From an uncultured Planctomycetota bacterium (lineage in GTDB: Bacteria > Planctomycetota > Planctomycetia > Gemmatales > Gemmataceae): 64,000 nt of DNA. The DNA is taken from the NCBI GenBank assembly GCA_963849325.1, contig CAWKHF010000001.1, positions 192,001 through 256,000 on the forward strand. Direction: 5' to 3'. The notes under the pieces are model-generated. The model worked only from the letters and a program-made list of their open reading frames with translations. It searched no databases and was not told the origin of the DNA. Of the stretch, positions 1-13,910 are shown piece by piece (position 1 is the stretch's first letter; every line of letters begins with the position of its first letter). The position numbers and the translations under genes were made by a program.

Positions 1-2100
1 GCCGTGCGCGCGCGCCACGACGAGCGGATCGCCGTACTCGATGGTCGTGCGGAACTCGTCGAGCTGCGCCGCCAGTCCCTTCATCTTGGGGTGCGCCCAC
101 AGCGTTTCCATGTCCGGCCGCTGCGGATCGTTCTCGGCGCCGTGGTCGTGTCGCAGGGCGTCGATGGCCTTGACCAGGTTGAACAGGTACGGCGTGGCCA
201 GGGCGTCGCGGATCTCGTGTCTGATAGCGCTCGGCCGGCTCGACGTAGCGCGTGAAAGCGTCCGGCTCGGCCAGGGCGAGGTCGTGGGTTTGCTCGATCA
301 GCTTGCGGCTCAGCTCCAGGGCGCGGGGCTTGTAATCGTCGATCGGATGGTTGTTGGGCAACACCACGATCTCCTCGGCCTGGATGCCGCTGGTCGGCTC
401 GGGATCCCACTGCGAGCGCGGCAGCGCCTGGAAATAGCGGTCGAAGTTGAGGTAGCGCAGTCCGGAGCGGTTCTTGTACAGCGTCTCGGCGGCGGGGTGC
501 TTGGGATCGCGGAACAGCAGTTTCGGCTGCTCGTCGCGGACCAGGCGGTCGCGGCGCTTCTCCTCGCGCTCCTCCGGCGGCATCAGCGCCGGTCGGGTCG
601 AGCGGATCATACGGCTTGTTGCCGATCAGAACCGGGAACAGGCCGTTGAACTTCTTGAACAGCGTGTCGTTGTAGAAGAGCGGACGAGCCTTGTCGCCCA
701 GGAAGTAGCACACGCTGCCGCCGTGCTGGACGTACTCCTGCACCTTCTTCAAGCGTCTTCTCGCTCTTGATCTCGCCGACGTTGAGGAAGATGACTGTCG
801 GATACAGCTCAAGGTTGATCTTGTCGAGGTCGTCCACCTTGCAGCGTTCGATCTCGTAGGAGCGGGCGGCCAGGTAAGCGGCCTTGAGGTGGAACAGGTC
901 GCCGCCGTCGAGGTCGGGATCCTGGCCGGTGCCGTCCACCACGAGGGTCGGTACGCGCTTGCGCACCTCGAGCACCATGTCGCGGACGTTGTCCGCTTGC
1001 AGACCGGTCTCCTCCGGCTCGATCTCGGCCGTGATGCGCACGTATTCCCGATCGAGCCGGCGCTTGCGTTCGCGGTCTTCGGGCAGGTCGGACGAGCGTA
1101 CTTCCGGCGACGGCTTCTTCTTGGCGAAGAGGAGCGTGAACTTCTCGGTGACGCTGCCATCGGCGGGGATGCGGTCGATGGGACGCGAGCCGGCGAAGGC
1201 TTCCTTGCCATCGACCTTGACGTGCAGGAACGTCTTCTTATCGCTGGAGCTGAAGTTCTGGATGGTGACGCTGAACTCGGTTTCGACGCCCTCGGCCGCG
1301 ACGCGCGCCTCGGAGCGCAGGTCGGTGATGGCGAGGTTGTCGTGGTGCAGGGCCACTTGCCGCGTCTGTCCGCGGTAAGGGTGAGCGGTGTCGATCAGGC
1401 TCAGGTGGATGCCCGATTCGACCAGCTTCTCGATGGCTTTGTTCAGTTCCTCGCCGCCTGGCCCGCTCCAATCCAGATCGCGGAAGTCGCTGACGAGATG
1501 CAGGATCTTTTGCCCCTGCTGCACGTCGTTGAACAGCGCCTGCGCCTTGTTGACGCCCTCGATGGGATCGACGTGCAGAGCCGTCGATTTGGCGAGCTTG
1601 AAGCGCCTGATCGATGTCCTCGACGGAGCGGTCGTTGAGGCGTCTGATCGAAGATGGCCGTATCGAGATCGGACAGCAGGTAAATGCGCATCTGCTGATG
1701 CGAGGGCGCCTGGGCGGCGCTGTGGGCGAGTTGCTTGATCTGCTCGCGGGCGATCTCGAAGGAGTTGGTGTTCGGCCCCTTGTCGGCGAAGTGGTCGGCC
1801 ATGCTGGGCGTATCGTCGAGGATGACGATGTGCGTGGCACCCTGGCCGGTCGGCATGGCGCCGACGAAGCGGGCGACGAGGAAGCCGGCCAGCAGGACCA
1901 GCAGGATGCGCAGCAGCCAGCAGGATCATCTGCTCGATGATGAGCCGGCGGCGGTTGCGTTTCTGCGACTTGAGGAGAAACTCCATCGCCGCCCAGCGAA
2001 TGCGCTTGAAGCGCATGCGGTTGATGAGGTGGATGAGGATCGGCGCGCTGACGAGCAGACCGCCGGCGGCCATGTACCAGGGATGCAGAAACAGTTCCAT
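1..2100 (-). CDS. BatA/VWA-domain membrane protein (MoxR partner); frameshifted, runs off window start
   Basis: N-terminal '[25 protein letters not shown]' BatA-type double-TM motif; VWA-like 'VILDDTPSM' in ORF piece 1443..1856. Confidence 0.8.
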
Positions 2101-2117
2101 GTATAACAAACCTCTCC

Positions 2118-2221
2118 ATTAACCACAGATGAACACAGATAAACACGGATAAGACCAAACCATTTTTATTATTTCTTTTTGTGTTTTCATCCGTGTTTAT
2201 CTGTGTTCATCTGTGGTTAAT
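2118..2221. repeat. Inverted-repeat element with arms of three tandem ~9-bp units (AACACAGAT-like) and an AT-rich spacer
   Basis: attaaccacagatgaacacagataaacacggat ... atccgtgtttatctgtgttcatctgtggttaat. Confidence 0.85.
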
Positions 2222-3163
2222 TCTTTTTATACTGGGCCGCGGTTGCGGACGCCTTGTTGTGCGCGCGTCCATGCGGTGGTGCAGGAACTTCGACAGCACC
2301 GCGTCGAGGTAATCGCCGGTGCGCACCAGTTGATAGTCGATGCCCAGCCGCGTGCAGCCGCGGCGCACCTCGACCAGATATTCCTCCAGCGCTTCCAGGT
2401 AGCCGTCGCGCAGGCGCGCGGATCGCACAGCAGATGCGGCAGTTCTTCCATGCCCTCGAAGCGCGTCGTGCCGGCGAACGGGAACGTCATCTCGTCGTCG
2501 TCCAGGACGTGGAAGACGAGGATGTCGTGCCGCCGCTGCGCACAGCATCTCCAGCCCCTTCAGCAGCGGCTCGCGGTCGACCAGGAAGTCCGAGATGAGG
2601 ACGATCATGCCGCGCTGCGGAATGGTCTCGGTGACGCGGCGCAGGATCTTCTCGATGTCGGTCTTCTCGCGCGGCTTGCTGACGTGCATGGCGTTGAAGA
2701 TGGCGTCGATGTGCGTCTGCTGGCTGCGCGACGGCACGATCTGCCGCACGTCCGAATCGAACGTGATGGAGCCGACCGCGTCCTGCTGGCGCAGCAGCAG
2801 GTAGGCCAGGCAGGCGCCGACGGTGCAGGCGTAGTTGTACTTGTTCAGGGCGCCGCGGCCGTAGTGCATCGACTCGCTGACGTCCACGACGAGCGTGCAG
2901 CGCAGGTTCGTCTCCGCCTCGTACTGCTTGATGTAGAAGCGATCCGTCTTGGACCAGACTTTCCAGTCGAGATGGCGGATGTCGTCGCCGGTGGTGTACT
3001 CGCGGTGCTGCACGAACTCGATGGAGTGCCCGAAGAACGGACTTTTGTGCATGCCGGAGATGAAGCCCTCGACCACCTGCCGGGCGCGCAGGTCGAGGCG
3101 GGAGATCTTGGCGATGGTGTCGGGATGCAGGAAGCGGCGCGGGTCGTCTTCTTTTACGGCCAC
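2207..3163 (-). CDS. DUF58 family protein (frameshifted)
   Basis: 'GHSIEFVQHREYTTGDDIRHLDWKVWSKTDRFYIKQYE' DUF58 signature; downstream of moxR. Confidence 0.9.
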   Translation of the reverse strand: MAVKEDDPRRFLHPDTIAKISRLDLRARQVVEGFISGMHKSPFFGHSIEFVQHREYTTGDDIRHLDWKVWSKTDRFYIKQYEAETNLRCTLVVDVSESMHYGRGALNKYNYACTVGACLAYLLLRQQDAVGSITFDSDVRQIVPSRSQQTHIDAIFNAMHVSKPREKTDIEKILRRVTETIPQRGMIVLISDFLVDREPLLKGLEMLCAAAARHPRLPRPGRRRDDVPVRRHDALRGHGRTAASAVRSARLRDGYLEALEEYLVEVRRGCTRLGIDYQLVRTGDYLDAVLSKFLHHRMDARTTRRPQPRPSIKRINHR

Positions 3164-3242
3164 GGGTGCGCTACCTCAAGGTCAGCCGCTCGCGGCAGTT
3201 AGCGATTGCGCGCCGCAAGCCGCGCTACGCGGCGGCGGATAA

Positions 3243-4350
<1,108 letters not shown>

Positions 4351-4438
4351 GCGGATCTCTTCTTTTCGTGGGGAACACATCGGGAATATTGGGCGTCGGC
4401 TCGCCGAGCCGCCGCCAAACGGAGACAGATCCAGAGGG

Positions 4439-5547
4439 TCAGTGCGTGCCCTGGTAAATCGGCAGGGCCGCGTTATCCAGCTGCAGGATGGTCAGGTACA
4501 CGGGCGTGATGAAGGCGGGGCCGACGTGGCCGCCGGACCAGCTGCCGTCGCTGGACTGCGAACGGATGATGCTGTCGAAGTTGGCCTTTTTGTAGCCGCT
4601 CCACGTCAGCCGCTCGCTCGCGTGCGAGTCGGGGAACAAGCTCGGCGTAGCCGTCTTCGCCGAGGATGTAGATGGCCTGGGCGTAGTAGTAGTGGGTGTA
4701 CTCGTCGTGGCCGAAGCGGCCGCCGCCGACGCCGCCGAGGTGCTGCTGGCAGAACTTGAACCACTTCTTGACGAGCGGCGAGCTTGTAGTCGCCGAAGCT
4801 GAAGCCGCAGGCGATGGCCGCCGCCGTCAGGGCCGGCCGGCCGTCGCCGCCGCCGCCGCCGCCGAGGCTGTAGATCACGCCGCCCTGGGCGTTGGTCGAG
4901 TCGTGCAGGTACTTCTGGGCCATCTTGATCGCTTCCTGCGGCACGACGATGCCGGCGTTGCGCGCGGCCCGCAGGGCCTGCACCTGCGTGATGGTCACCG
5001 AGCCTTCGTCGAAGTTGCTGCCCTCGTGCGCCGAGACGTAGCCCCAGCCGCCGCGGTTGGTCTGGGCGTCGTGCGAGAACTTGCAGGCCCGTTCGAGGAT
5101 GTCCACCAGGCGACGGCGGCGGTCGCCCTCTTCCTCCTCGCCGACGACGCAGGAGAGGAACAGCATGCCGAAGCCGTGGCCGTACATGTAGCGGCCGGCC
5201 TCGCCGGGGATGTTCGGGTTGCCGATCATGCCGTTGGGCATGCTGTGGCGCCATCAGCCAGTCGGCGGCGCGGCGGATGTTGTCCTTGTATTTGCCCTCG
5301 CGGATGGTGCTGCCCTCCATGAGCATGGCCATGCCGCTGATGCCGGTCATGGTCACCGGATACTGGCCGCCGAACGCCTCCCAGTGGCCGTCCTTGTGCT
5401 GGTTCTTGGCCAGCCACTCCAGCCCCTTTTGCACGGCCTTGCGCTGGTCCGCCGACATCTCGTCCGCCCGCACCATGCGGGATTACCGGCGACGGCCAGG
5501 GCCAGCGCGGACAACAGCAGGACGACTCGGCGAGAGGGTGATCGCAT
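4439..5547 (-). CDS. Prenyltransferase/squalene-oxidase repeat protein with signal peptide (frameshifted)
   Basis: QW-like repeats '[15 protein letters not shown]', '[10 protein letters not shown]', 'SQSSDGSW'; 'YMYGHGFG'. Confidence 0.8.
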
Positions 5548-5644
5548 GATGACGAACTCCTTGAGCGAGGGGCCCGGAGGCCGAGCGAGGGAGACTCCCA
5601 TTCTTGGACGATTGACGCGAGGTTTTCTGACACGCCCCGAGCGA

Positions 5645-5720
5645 ACAAACTTCTCCGAGCCTGAAGCGTTAGCGAAGGAAGGATAAACTTCGCTAACGCT
5701 TCAGGCTCGGAGAAGTTTGT
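5645..5720. repeat. REP-like palindrome, family C
   Basis: acaaacttctccgagcctgaagcgttagcgaag ... cttcgctaacgcttcaggctcggagaagtttgt; second copy at 37621..37679. Confidence 0.85.
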
Positions 5721-5730
5721 CAATTCGCTC

Positions 5731-8700
5731 TCAGCGCGGCGGCAGCGGATTGCCGACCTCGCGGAGCGGGAGGCGATCGAGCGGAGAGCGATTGCTCCGC
5801 GCCCCGGTCGCTGTCCGCGGCGCCGGAGCGGCGCCAGAGTCCGGCGCCGCCGCCTTGCCGTCCTTGGCCGGGGCGGGAGAGTGGGTGATCTTTTCCCTCA
5901 TGCTGAGGAAGTCGATCGTGCCGGCTCGCGGATCGATGTGGACGCCGAAGAAGTTCGTCGCATTTTGCAGGTTGTCGTCGCTGAGGAGCATTCGGCCGCT
6001 GCGCTTCTCGATGCTCATGGCCGAGACGGCCTGGACCACGCGCTGGCCGGCGCCGAGGTTGCTGGATCTCCTGATGGCGCGCGGTCAGCAGCAGGACCGG
6101 CAGCTCGCGGAACTGATCGAGGACCAGGAACTGGTTCTTGACCGGCACGTACCATTCCCAGGCGCCGCTGTCGCGCTGGAAGGCGTAGATCATGCCGTTG
6201 ACCGGCACGGTGCGCATGCCCAGGTGGGTCATCACGTTGGCCTGCACGCCGCCGATACCGCCGAGGCGGACGTTGACGTTATTCATCTCCACCGGCGCCG
6301 CGCAGGCGAAGTAGAAGAACTTGCGGTCGGCCAGCAGATGCACGGCCTGGACGTTGCGCAGCATCCTTGGCCGGTTCGGCCATCTTACCGGCCATCACTT
6401 CCTTGCGCTTCCGCAGGTCGATGACGTGGACCTTGCCGTCCGGCTCGACGACGCCGGCGAAGTACGGATCGTCGCCGCGGGCCACGAGGGAGCGGGCGGC
6501 GTAGGTGTCCTTCCACACGTCCTGTCCGGTCAGCGGATCGTAGAGGCGCAGCACGACGCTGCTGCCGGCGCCGGCTTCGGACAGGAGGATGTGCCGGCCG
6601 AGGACTTGCAGCCGCTTCTGGAAGAGGGCGGCGAAGTCGAGGGCCTTGACGGTGATGCCGTCGGCGGCCCGAAAGACGCGGCGTGGCGTGGGCATTGTTG
6701 GCCTTGTCCAGCTCGACGACGAAGACGTGGTTTTCATCGGCGAAGATGTGGTTGCGCGGATTGACGTCCGAGCGCGACCACAGCGTCCGGCCGGACAGCG
6801 GATCCAGCGCGGTGAGGGTGTCGCGCGTCTGCACGCAGATGGTTGCCCCCTCCAGCGGGCCGGTCTGCCCCAGCCGCTGCGCCCAGCCGTCGGCGAACGA
6901 CAGCAGCACGCTGCCGTCGCGCGGATCGACGACCGGCACGCCCTGCCACTGCGGCCCATTGGGGTGATTGACGTTGACGGCGACCGGGCCGCCGCCGGCG
7001 GCGAGGTTCTTCTCCCACAGCACGCGCCGATTGACCGGATCGATGCCGTAGACCATGTGGGCGACCGGCAGCACGATGAGATGGCCGACCGTGCGATAGG
7101 CGAAGCGGGCGGCCGAGCTTGGGCTGGCGTTGACGACCTGGTTGTTGAGCTGGTTGCCCAGCACCTGCTGTGTCAGCATCTGGAACATGGTCTGCGTCAG
7201 CTTCTGCGACCAGACCTCTTTGGGAGCGTGGTTGTCGTCGTCGAGATTGCGGTCCAGGAGCTTGAACTCGTGCTTATTGTCCAGGCTCAGGCCGACGATG
7301 TGATTGCGGAAGTACGGCAGTTCCTCGCCGCTGTGCGCGAACTGGAAGAGTTGGCCGTGGCCAGGCATCTGCTCGCGGAAATCGCCGGCCTCGCGCTTGG
7401 CCTTGAGCTTGGTCGAGCCGAAACGCTCCGGTTCGTCCAGGTACGGCAGCAGCCGCTTGTCGGTGGCCGTGTCGTTATACAGATCGCGGCCGGTCTTGCC
7501 GTCGCGGATGACGATCTTGGCGTACTCACTGCCGAGCTTGCGGTAACAGTAGGCGGCGTCCTCCAGCAAGCCCTTGCGGGTGTACAGCCGGGCCAGCGCC
7601 TCGGTAGCGCGAGCGGCCAGCTCGGGGCTGTGCTCGCCGGTGCGGAACTGATTCAGCTCCAGCTCGGCCTCCAGCAGCGGGTGCTCGTCGCCGCTCTCCT
7701 TCTGTTCCATGAGGCGATCCACCAATTGCAGCCGGGCCTCCTTGCCGGCGGCCGACACCGAGCCGAACAGACGCACGAAGCGGCGTAGCTCGGGCAAATC
7801 GTTGGTCTGGCGCAGCTGGTCCCACTTGGAGGCGATGAGCTTTTCGAGCGGTTCGCGGTGCTCCGGCTTGGCCTTGGCCATCATGGCGATAATGCGGCCG
7901 CGCGACCAGACGTCGGGAGCGGCCTTGACCTGCCGTTCATCGACGGCGGGCACCAGCTCTTGCTGCTTGCCGGCCTCGGCGCCGAACTGCTGATATTTCT
8001 CGAACGCCTCGACGAGTCGGCCCTGCTCCTCGCGTCCCTTGCCGACCAGCCACAGGTACGTCGCCCGCCGCCGCCGTTGCTCGGCCTCCAGCTCCGCCCG
8101 TTTTTCCGGCGGCGCGTCGGCCACGTCGAGACGGCACAGGTCTTCGTAGTCCTTGAGGTATTTCTCGGCCTCGTTGAAGTGGTCCGCGATGTAGGCGGTC
8201 AGCGTATCGTACAGCTTGGCGCAGCGCGATCGCGGGTGGCCTTGTCGGGGTTGTTCTTCAGTGCGGTGCTCAGATCCTCGATGGCACCGGCCAGGTCGCC
8301 CTTGTCCAGGCGCAGGTCGCCGCGCTCGGTCAGCCCGACCGGGTCGTTGGGGTTCTTGGCGATCAGCTCGTCCATCTGGGCGATCTTGACCTTGAGCTGC
8401 GGATAGACGACGACTTCCTCATGCGTCAGGGAAATGACGTTGCCTTCGTAAAAGAGCAAATTGCCGGGTACGTCATGGTCGCTGCCGCCAACGTCTCGGG
8501 GCCGCGATTTGCTGCTGCCGACGATCTTGCCGCGCGGCATGTCGATGGCGACGATTTGCGGCTCCTTGGATCGGCCGGCCTCCTTGAGCGGCAGGTAATA
8601 GACGTTGTCGCTGGCGATGCCCTGGCCGGACGGCATGCCGGTGTCCAGCGTCCACAGCACCTCGCCGCTCTGCAGGCTCAGGCCGCGCACGTTCTTCTTG

Positions 8701-10876
8701 CCGACGACCAGTACGGTGCCATTGCAGACGTTGCCCAGGTACAGGTCGTCCTCCAGCTTCGGCTTCTGCCAGACGCGCGAGCCGTCGCGCAGATTGACGC
8801 AGTGCAGCGAGCGGGCGTCCGGGGCGGTGAAGACGACCTTGCCGTCGGCGATGACGGGGGCGGACGCCTTCCATTGATTATGGTTCTGGACCGGCTGCGC
8901 GATTTGTCCGCCAGGGCCGACGATCATGCCGCGGCGAATGAAGCGCTGCACGTGTACCTGCTCCGGCGGCGTGTCGCTCTTTTCCCGATAGGGGTAGGCC
9001 CATACCAGGCTGTTTTCCAGCAGGTTGATGCCGAAGACGGCGCCGGCGTTGGTCGGACAAACGAGGATGCCTTCGCCGTAGGCCAGGTGGGCGGCGCCGG
9101 TGCGCCGCATGACGTCGTTGGGCATCTGCTGTTGCGTCGTGCCCAGCGTCTGGGTGGAAAGAATGACCGCTTTCGGGAAGCGCGTGACGGGATCGATCAC
9201 GTGGGGATCGAGGCAGACGAGCCGAAGTTCCTGTTGTTTCTCGGTCAGCACGTACAGTTTGCCGCCCAGTGGCAGGGGAGGGCCGAGGAAGTAGCAATCG
9301 GACAGGGGACCCTTGTCTTCGCCGCCCAGCTCCCAGGTCAGCTTGCCGCCGTTCGCCAAGCTATACGCTTCCAGCCGACTGTGCTGGATGGCCTCCCGGA
9401 TCTCGGGGCTATAAGCGTGGTTGGCGTTGTTCATGCCGGGGTTGAAGCCCATGTTCACGTTCATCATCTGCGGCGGCGGCGGGACGGCGAGATCCTCGAC
9501 GACGTAGACGAACTGTCCGTCGGTGCTGAGGGTGCCGACCGTGGAGTTCTCGAACAGGATCTGCGGGTGCTGGTTCTGCTCCACGTAATACTGGAGCCAG
9601 CCGGCCATCGCCTGCTGCTTGTGAGGATCGGAACGGGAGGCGAGCATCCGCTCCAGGCTCCAGCTCGACGGCTGCGTCCAGGCGATGTCGCCGCTCTTGA
9701 GGTCGCGGGCCACGACGCCCCAGTAATTCTTGTAGATCAGAAGCGGCATCCTCTTCTCGCCCTTGACGACCGTGACGGTGATGGGAGAGAAGGCGGGGAT
9801 GATCGGCTGATTGCGGTCCTTGGACCAGTAGGTGATGGCCCGCTTGAGACGCTCGTGAGGCAAGGGGTTGTTCTTGGCCTCATCGTACATCATTGCTTTG
9901 CGCCAGGTCGCCGACATGAAGGCCGGGCCGCCCACGAGTTGATTGGCGCGATTGGGCGTGGCTCGGTAGACGATGGAGTCGGTGGCGTTCTGACTGAAGC
10001 TCGGTCGTTCCAGCCGGGCGACGTATTCTTCCAGCTCGGCGACGGATGCGCGTGTCGTCCGGTCCCAGTTGGACCTCGCGGGCCTGGTTGCGGAGCTGCT
10101 TCCACAGTTCTTTTTCGCTGATCTTGCTGGTGGTGATCTGCGTGCCCTGGCTGGCCGTGGCCGAGGCTGGGGCCATGTGGACGGCGTAGGCGGCCTTGAA
10201 CAGCACCACCGGCGGCAGTTTGTCGGCGCCCTCGCGGTTGAGCAGTTTGTCGAAGCAGAGGACAGCAGCGATGTAGTTGCCGCGATCGAGGTGGTAGTCG
10301 GCCAAGCAGCTTGATGGCCTCGCCGCCGGCGTCGGTGTGAGCGTACCGCTTCATCACCTCGGCCAGAAGGCTGGGATCGCCGTTGTCCTTGGCCTTCTGA
10401 AGCAGCTTGGCGGCGGCGGCGCCGTGGGTCAGCTTGTAGAAGTCCCGTCCGGCCGGCGGCAGACTGGCCAGCAGCCGATCCGCTTCCTGCTTGACGCTCA
10501 CCCAGGCATGGCCTTTCTTGCCCTCGGCGTTGGTTCGTTCCAGACGGACGAAGACGTCCTCATCGATCTCGAGGAGCTTCTGCAGGGTGGGGATGGCGGT
10601 CTTCCATTCCTCTTCGCGGATGTAATCGATGGCCGCCTCGATGGCACTGGCGCGGCCCTTTTCGTCCTTGGGCAGACTGATACCGCTGTTGAGAAAGCCG
10701 TCGGGGTTCATGTTGGGGTCGGGAGGCGGCGGGACGGGCAGCGCGGGCACGGGTCCGCCGCCCGGCGGCTGCACGGCGATTTGGACCTGGGCGCGCCCTT
10801 GATCCAGGCAGACGGCGGAGACGGCCACGATCAGCGCCAGCAGGACAACGGAGGCTCGGCGAGGGTTCCAGGACAT
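5731..10876 (-). CDS. Large secreted PQQ-like beta-propeller/TPR protein (several frameshifts)
   Basis: Signal peptide; repeated propeller motifs ('YFLGPPLPLGGKLYVL', 'LVWAYPY', 'GEVLW'); TPR-like helices; pieces 9890..10876, 9880..10305, 8199..9935, 6385..8124, 6279..6959, 5720..6364, 5731..6039. Confidence 0.75.
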
Positions 10877-11196
10877 TGGCGGGATTCTCCTGCTTCCTTG
10901 ATTGCGGCCACAGCGTCGCCGCCGCGGCGGTCGGCTCCAGGGATTCTCTCACAGCCCGCGACGACCTGGCAAGCGTAATCGTCAGGGGATACGACGATTC
11001 CACCCGTCGAAGCGTGGACTGTGCGGCCGGAAGATCGCTCACGGCGGCACAAACAGCATCTCCCCGTCGCGAGAGTCTGCCGCATTAAGGAGGACGAGGC
11101 TCGTTGGGCGAACTAACAGCCGCGCGGCGAGCGGGGGCTTACGCTCCGCGCTCGCATAACCTATAATTCCGTTTTCTTCGTCACCTTCGGAGTCTT

Positions 11197-12303
11197 GTGA
11201 TGTCGCGCTCGGTTCCGTCTCCCTCGGCAGACTGGCGCGGCGAGGGCCGGCCGGTTCGGCGGCGCACGCGGACGTTTCGTCCGAATTACCTGTCGTTCGC
11301 GGGGACGTACCAGTGTAACCTGACCTGCCCCCACTGCTGCGTGCCGATCGAATGGCCCGACCGCCTCGACATCGCCGTCGCCCTGCGCTTCCTCGAAGAC
11401 GCCCACCGCGAGGGCGTCGCCATCCTCGCTTTCACCGGCGGCGAACCGTTTCTGTATCCCGAGTTCCTGTATGCGCTCTGTCGTCGGGCCGTCGAGCTGG
11501 GTTTCCGCTTCGACAAGATCATGAGCAACGGCGTCTGGCACCGCGACGCCGCCCACCTGGAGGCGGTGCTGGGCGACCTGGCCGCGACCGGCTTCAGCGG
11601 TAAGTTGGGCCTGAGCGTCGATAAGTTCCACGGCAAGCACACGGCCCAGGCGGCGGAGTTCTGTCGCATCGCCCGCCGTGTCTTCGACCGCGATAACATC
11701 GTCTCGCTCTCGTATGCCAGCCGTCGCCCCGATCAGGGGCTGGAGCCGGTACACGACCTGGCCCGCGAGCTGGACGCCGTCGTCGAGTGGTCCGACGTGC
11801 TGCACCGCTATCTGATGGTGTCCGACGAACTGACGATCACGCTGAACTGGAACCACCTGGCGCCAGTGGAGCGCGCCGAGCGTTTCACCGGAGCGTGGGA
11901 CGGCGAATGGTTCGCGGAAGATTACTGCGAGGGGCCGGGACAGGCGCTGATCGTGACGCCCAAGGGCGAGGTCAAACCGTGCTGCGGCTTCGCCTCGGAC
12001 CTCGATCAATTGACCATCGGCAACATCTACCATGACAGCGTGCGCCGCATCATCCGCCGGGCGCGGCGACATCCGTATGTCGGCAAGGTGTTCCGCGAAG
12101 GGCTGACGGCGATCCGCGAGGAGATCCTGGCTCGTGACCCGGAGGCGCTGCCGGGGGCGACGAGCAATCACTGTTATTTCTGCTGGTATGTACTGATGAA
12201 AGGTATATTCGATCAATCCCGAGACGAGGCGAGGGACAGGGTAGGGTGCGGCGGACAGTGGGAAAAGCTCAAAACCGGGCGAATATCCTTGCCGCTCGCC
12301 TGA
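11197..12303 (+). CDS. Radical SAM protein with C-terminal SPASM/twitch-like Cys cluster
   Basis: CxxxCxxC 'CNLTCPHC', 'FTGGEPF', C-terminal 'YCEG...VKPCCG...HCYFC'. Confidence 0.85.
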   Translation: MMSRSVPSPSADWRGEGRPVRRRTRTFRPNYLSFAGTYQCNLTCPHCCVPIEWPDRLDIAVALRFLEDAHREGVAILAFTGGEPFLYPEFLYALCRRAVELGFRFDKIMSNGVWHRDAAHLEAVLGDLAATGFSGKLGLSVDKFHGKHTAQAAEFCRIARRVFDRDNIVSLSYASRRPDQGLEPVHDLARELDAVVEWSDVLHRYLMVSDELTITLNWNHLAPVERAERFTGAWDGEWFAEDYCEGPGQALIVTPKGEVKPCCGFASDLDQLTIGNIYHDSVRRIIRRARRHPYVGKVFREGLTAIREEILARDPEALPGATSNHCYFCWYVLMKGIFDQSRDEARDRVGCGGQWEKLKTGRISLPLA

Positions 12304-12374
12304 GGGGGAAGGCAGACATCCCCTTTGGAAGGCTGCCGGGCCATCGGCAAATCGAAGCGGGAGAGCTTGACGTT

Positions 12375-12388
12375 CAGACTATAGTCTG
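12375..12388. promoter_or_regulatory. Putative C-protein operator upstream of the methyltransferase
   Basis: Perfect 14-bp palindrome CAGACTATAGTCTG just after a TTGACG -35-like hexamer (12367..12372). Confidence 0.7.
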
Positions 12389-12402
12389 CTAGAGAGTGAA
12401 TC

Positions 12403-13291
12403 ATGAGCCAGCAAAAACTGCCCTTTCCCGGCGATCCTTGGAAGCCAATCGGGCTTTTCCGGAGCGACGGAAACGAACCCTCGCCCACTCTGAGGACCGA
12501 GCACGGCATCTTGTATTCCGGCGACTGCTTGGCCGTCCTGCCTTACCTTAACGACGCGACAGTTGATACTGTATTTGCCGATCCGCCCTTCAATCTGGGG
12601 AAAACCTACGGCGCAAAGGTTGACGATAACCGACCAGACGAAGAATACGTGAGCTGGTGCAGGGAATGGATTGCGGAATGCGTCCGCGTGCTCAAGCCGG
12701 GCGGTTCGCTGTTTTTGTACAATATCCCGAAATGGAACATCCGGCTCGGTGCCCATCTGGCGGAATTAGGATTGACCTTTCGCCACTGGATTGCGGTCAG
12801 TATCAAATTCGGCCTGCCCATCCCCGGTAGGCTCTATCCGTGTCATTACAGCTTGCTGTATTACTGCAAAGGAGAGAAGCCGAAGACGTTCCGAAGCATC
12901 CGGACGCCGATCAAGACTTGTCGGCACTGTGGAGGAGAGATTCGAGATTACGGCGGTCATCGAAACGCCATGAATCCCAAGGGCGTAAACCTGACGGACG
13001 TCTCGGGATGACGTCCCGCCCGTTCGTCACTGGAAGTTCAAAAGCAAAAAACGTAAAGCGAATCAACTGTCCACGAAATTGTTGACCCGCGTCGTGGAAT
13101 TGTCAACGCAGAAAGGCGACATTGTGCTTGATCCGTTCGGCGGCAGCGGCACGACCTTCGATGTTTGCGAACGCCGTGAGCGCCATTGGATCGGCGTTGA
13201 GTTGGAGAACTGCGATGTAATCATCGAACGGCTGACGACTGCCGACTTGGAGGCACACGATTGTCAGGACCACGTGGAAGACCGGAAATAG
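12403..13291 (+). CDS. Site-specific DNA methyltransferase, N4-C/N6-A beta class (M.BamHI-like); one frameshift near 13005
   Basis: 'FADPPFN' catalytic motif, then 'VLDPFGGSGTT' SAM-binding motif; convergent with a BamHI-like endonuclease. Confidence 0.9.
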
Positions 13292-13298
13292 CAAGCGG

Positions 13299-13910
13299 TC
13301 ATTGCAAGGCCCGACCATCGGTCCCTTTCGGGATGCGCGGAACGTCTAAACTCGTCGCATCGTGTTCCGCGACGACGATTCGCAAAGCCCCTTCTTTGAT
13401 TTCCGTATCGCGCCACAGGGGGAAATAGTGCCGGAGTTCACCGATATTGCCGATGCGATCCGTCAGATAGGCCTTCAGCTTATTGCTCGGCACCACCAGG
13501 AAACCACCGATCAAGCCCCCGAGTTTCAGTGTCAAAAGCAACTTGTTTATGGCCCGGTGGCTGGACGAGATGTTTCCCGTTTCCCACTCGAAGCCGATGA
13601 ATCCCGAGGAACTCCGGAACAAAGCATCCAGGTCGCCCGTTTCCATCACTCCGTTCTCGATGATCGGCAGCCGTTCGACCTGCCAACCCTGTTCCCGAAG
13701 TTTCTGCAAACACGGCAACTTGATTGGAACGACGCCATTGCCCTCGCCTCGCTTCTTCCCACTCTGCGGGTAAATCGTGAACTTCCCCGAACCGTGGGGC
13801 CAGTCCGTAGCGCGAATCGCCGACTTGACATGGCGACAGGCCGTCCGCCAGGCCCGAGACTTCGGGAACTTCCCCCGCGCGATCAGGTCAACCGTCTCCA
13901 CGATTTTCAT
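13299..13910 (-). CDS. Type II restriction endonuclease, BamHI family
   Basis: 'NGVVPIK', '[18 protein letters not shown]', 'YLTDRIGN' resemble BamHI motifs. Confidence 0.88.
   Translation of the reverse strand: MKIVETVDLIARGKFPKSRAWRTACRHVKSAIRATDWPHGSGKFTIYPQSGKKRGEGNGVVPIKLPCLQKLREQGWQVERLPIIENGVMETGDLDALFRSSSGFIGFEWETGNISSSHRAINKLLLTLKLGGLIGGFLVVPSNKLKAYLTDRIGNIGELRHYFPLWRDTEIKEGALRIVVAEHDATSLDVPRIPKGTDGRALQ

Noticed and set aside
4439-5547. Squalene-hopene or sterol cyclase
   Set aside because: Too short and lacks a DXDD motif; fits the QW-repeat proteins of MoxR operons
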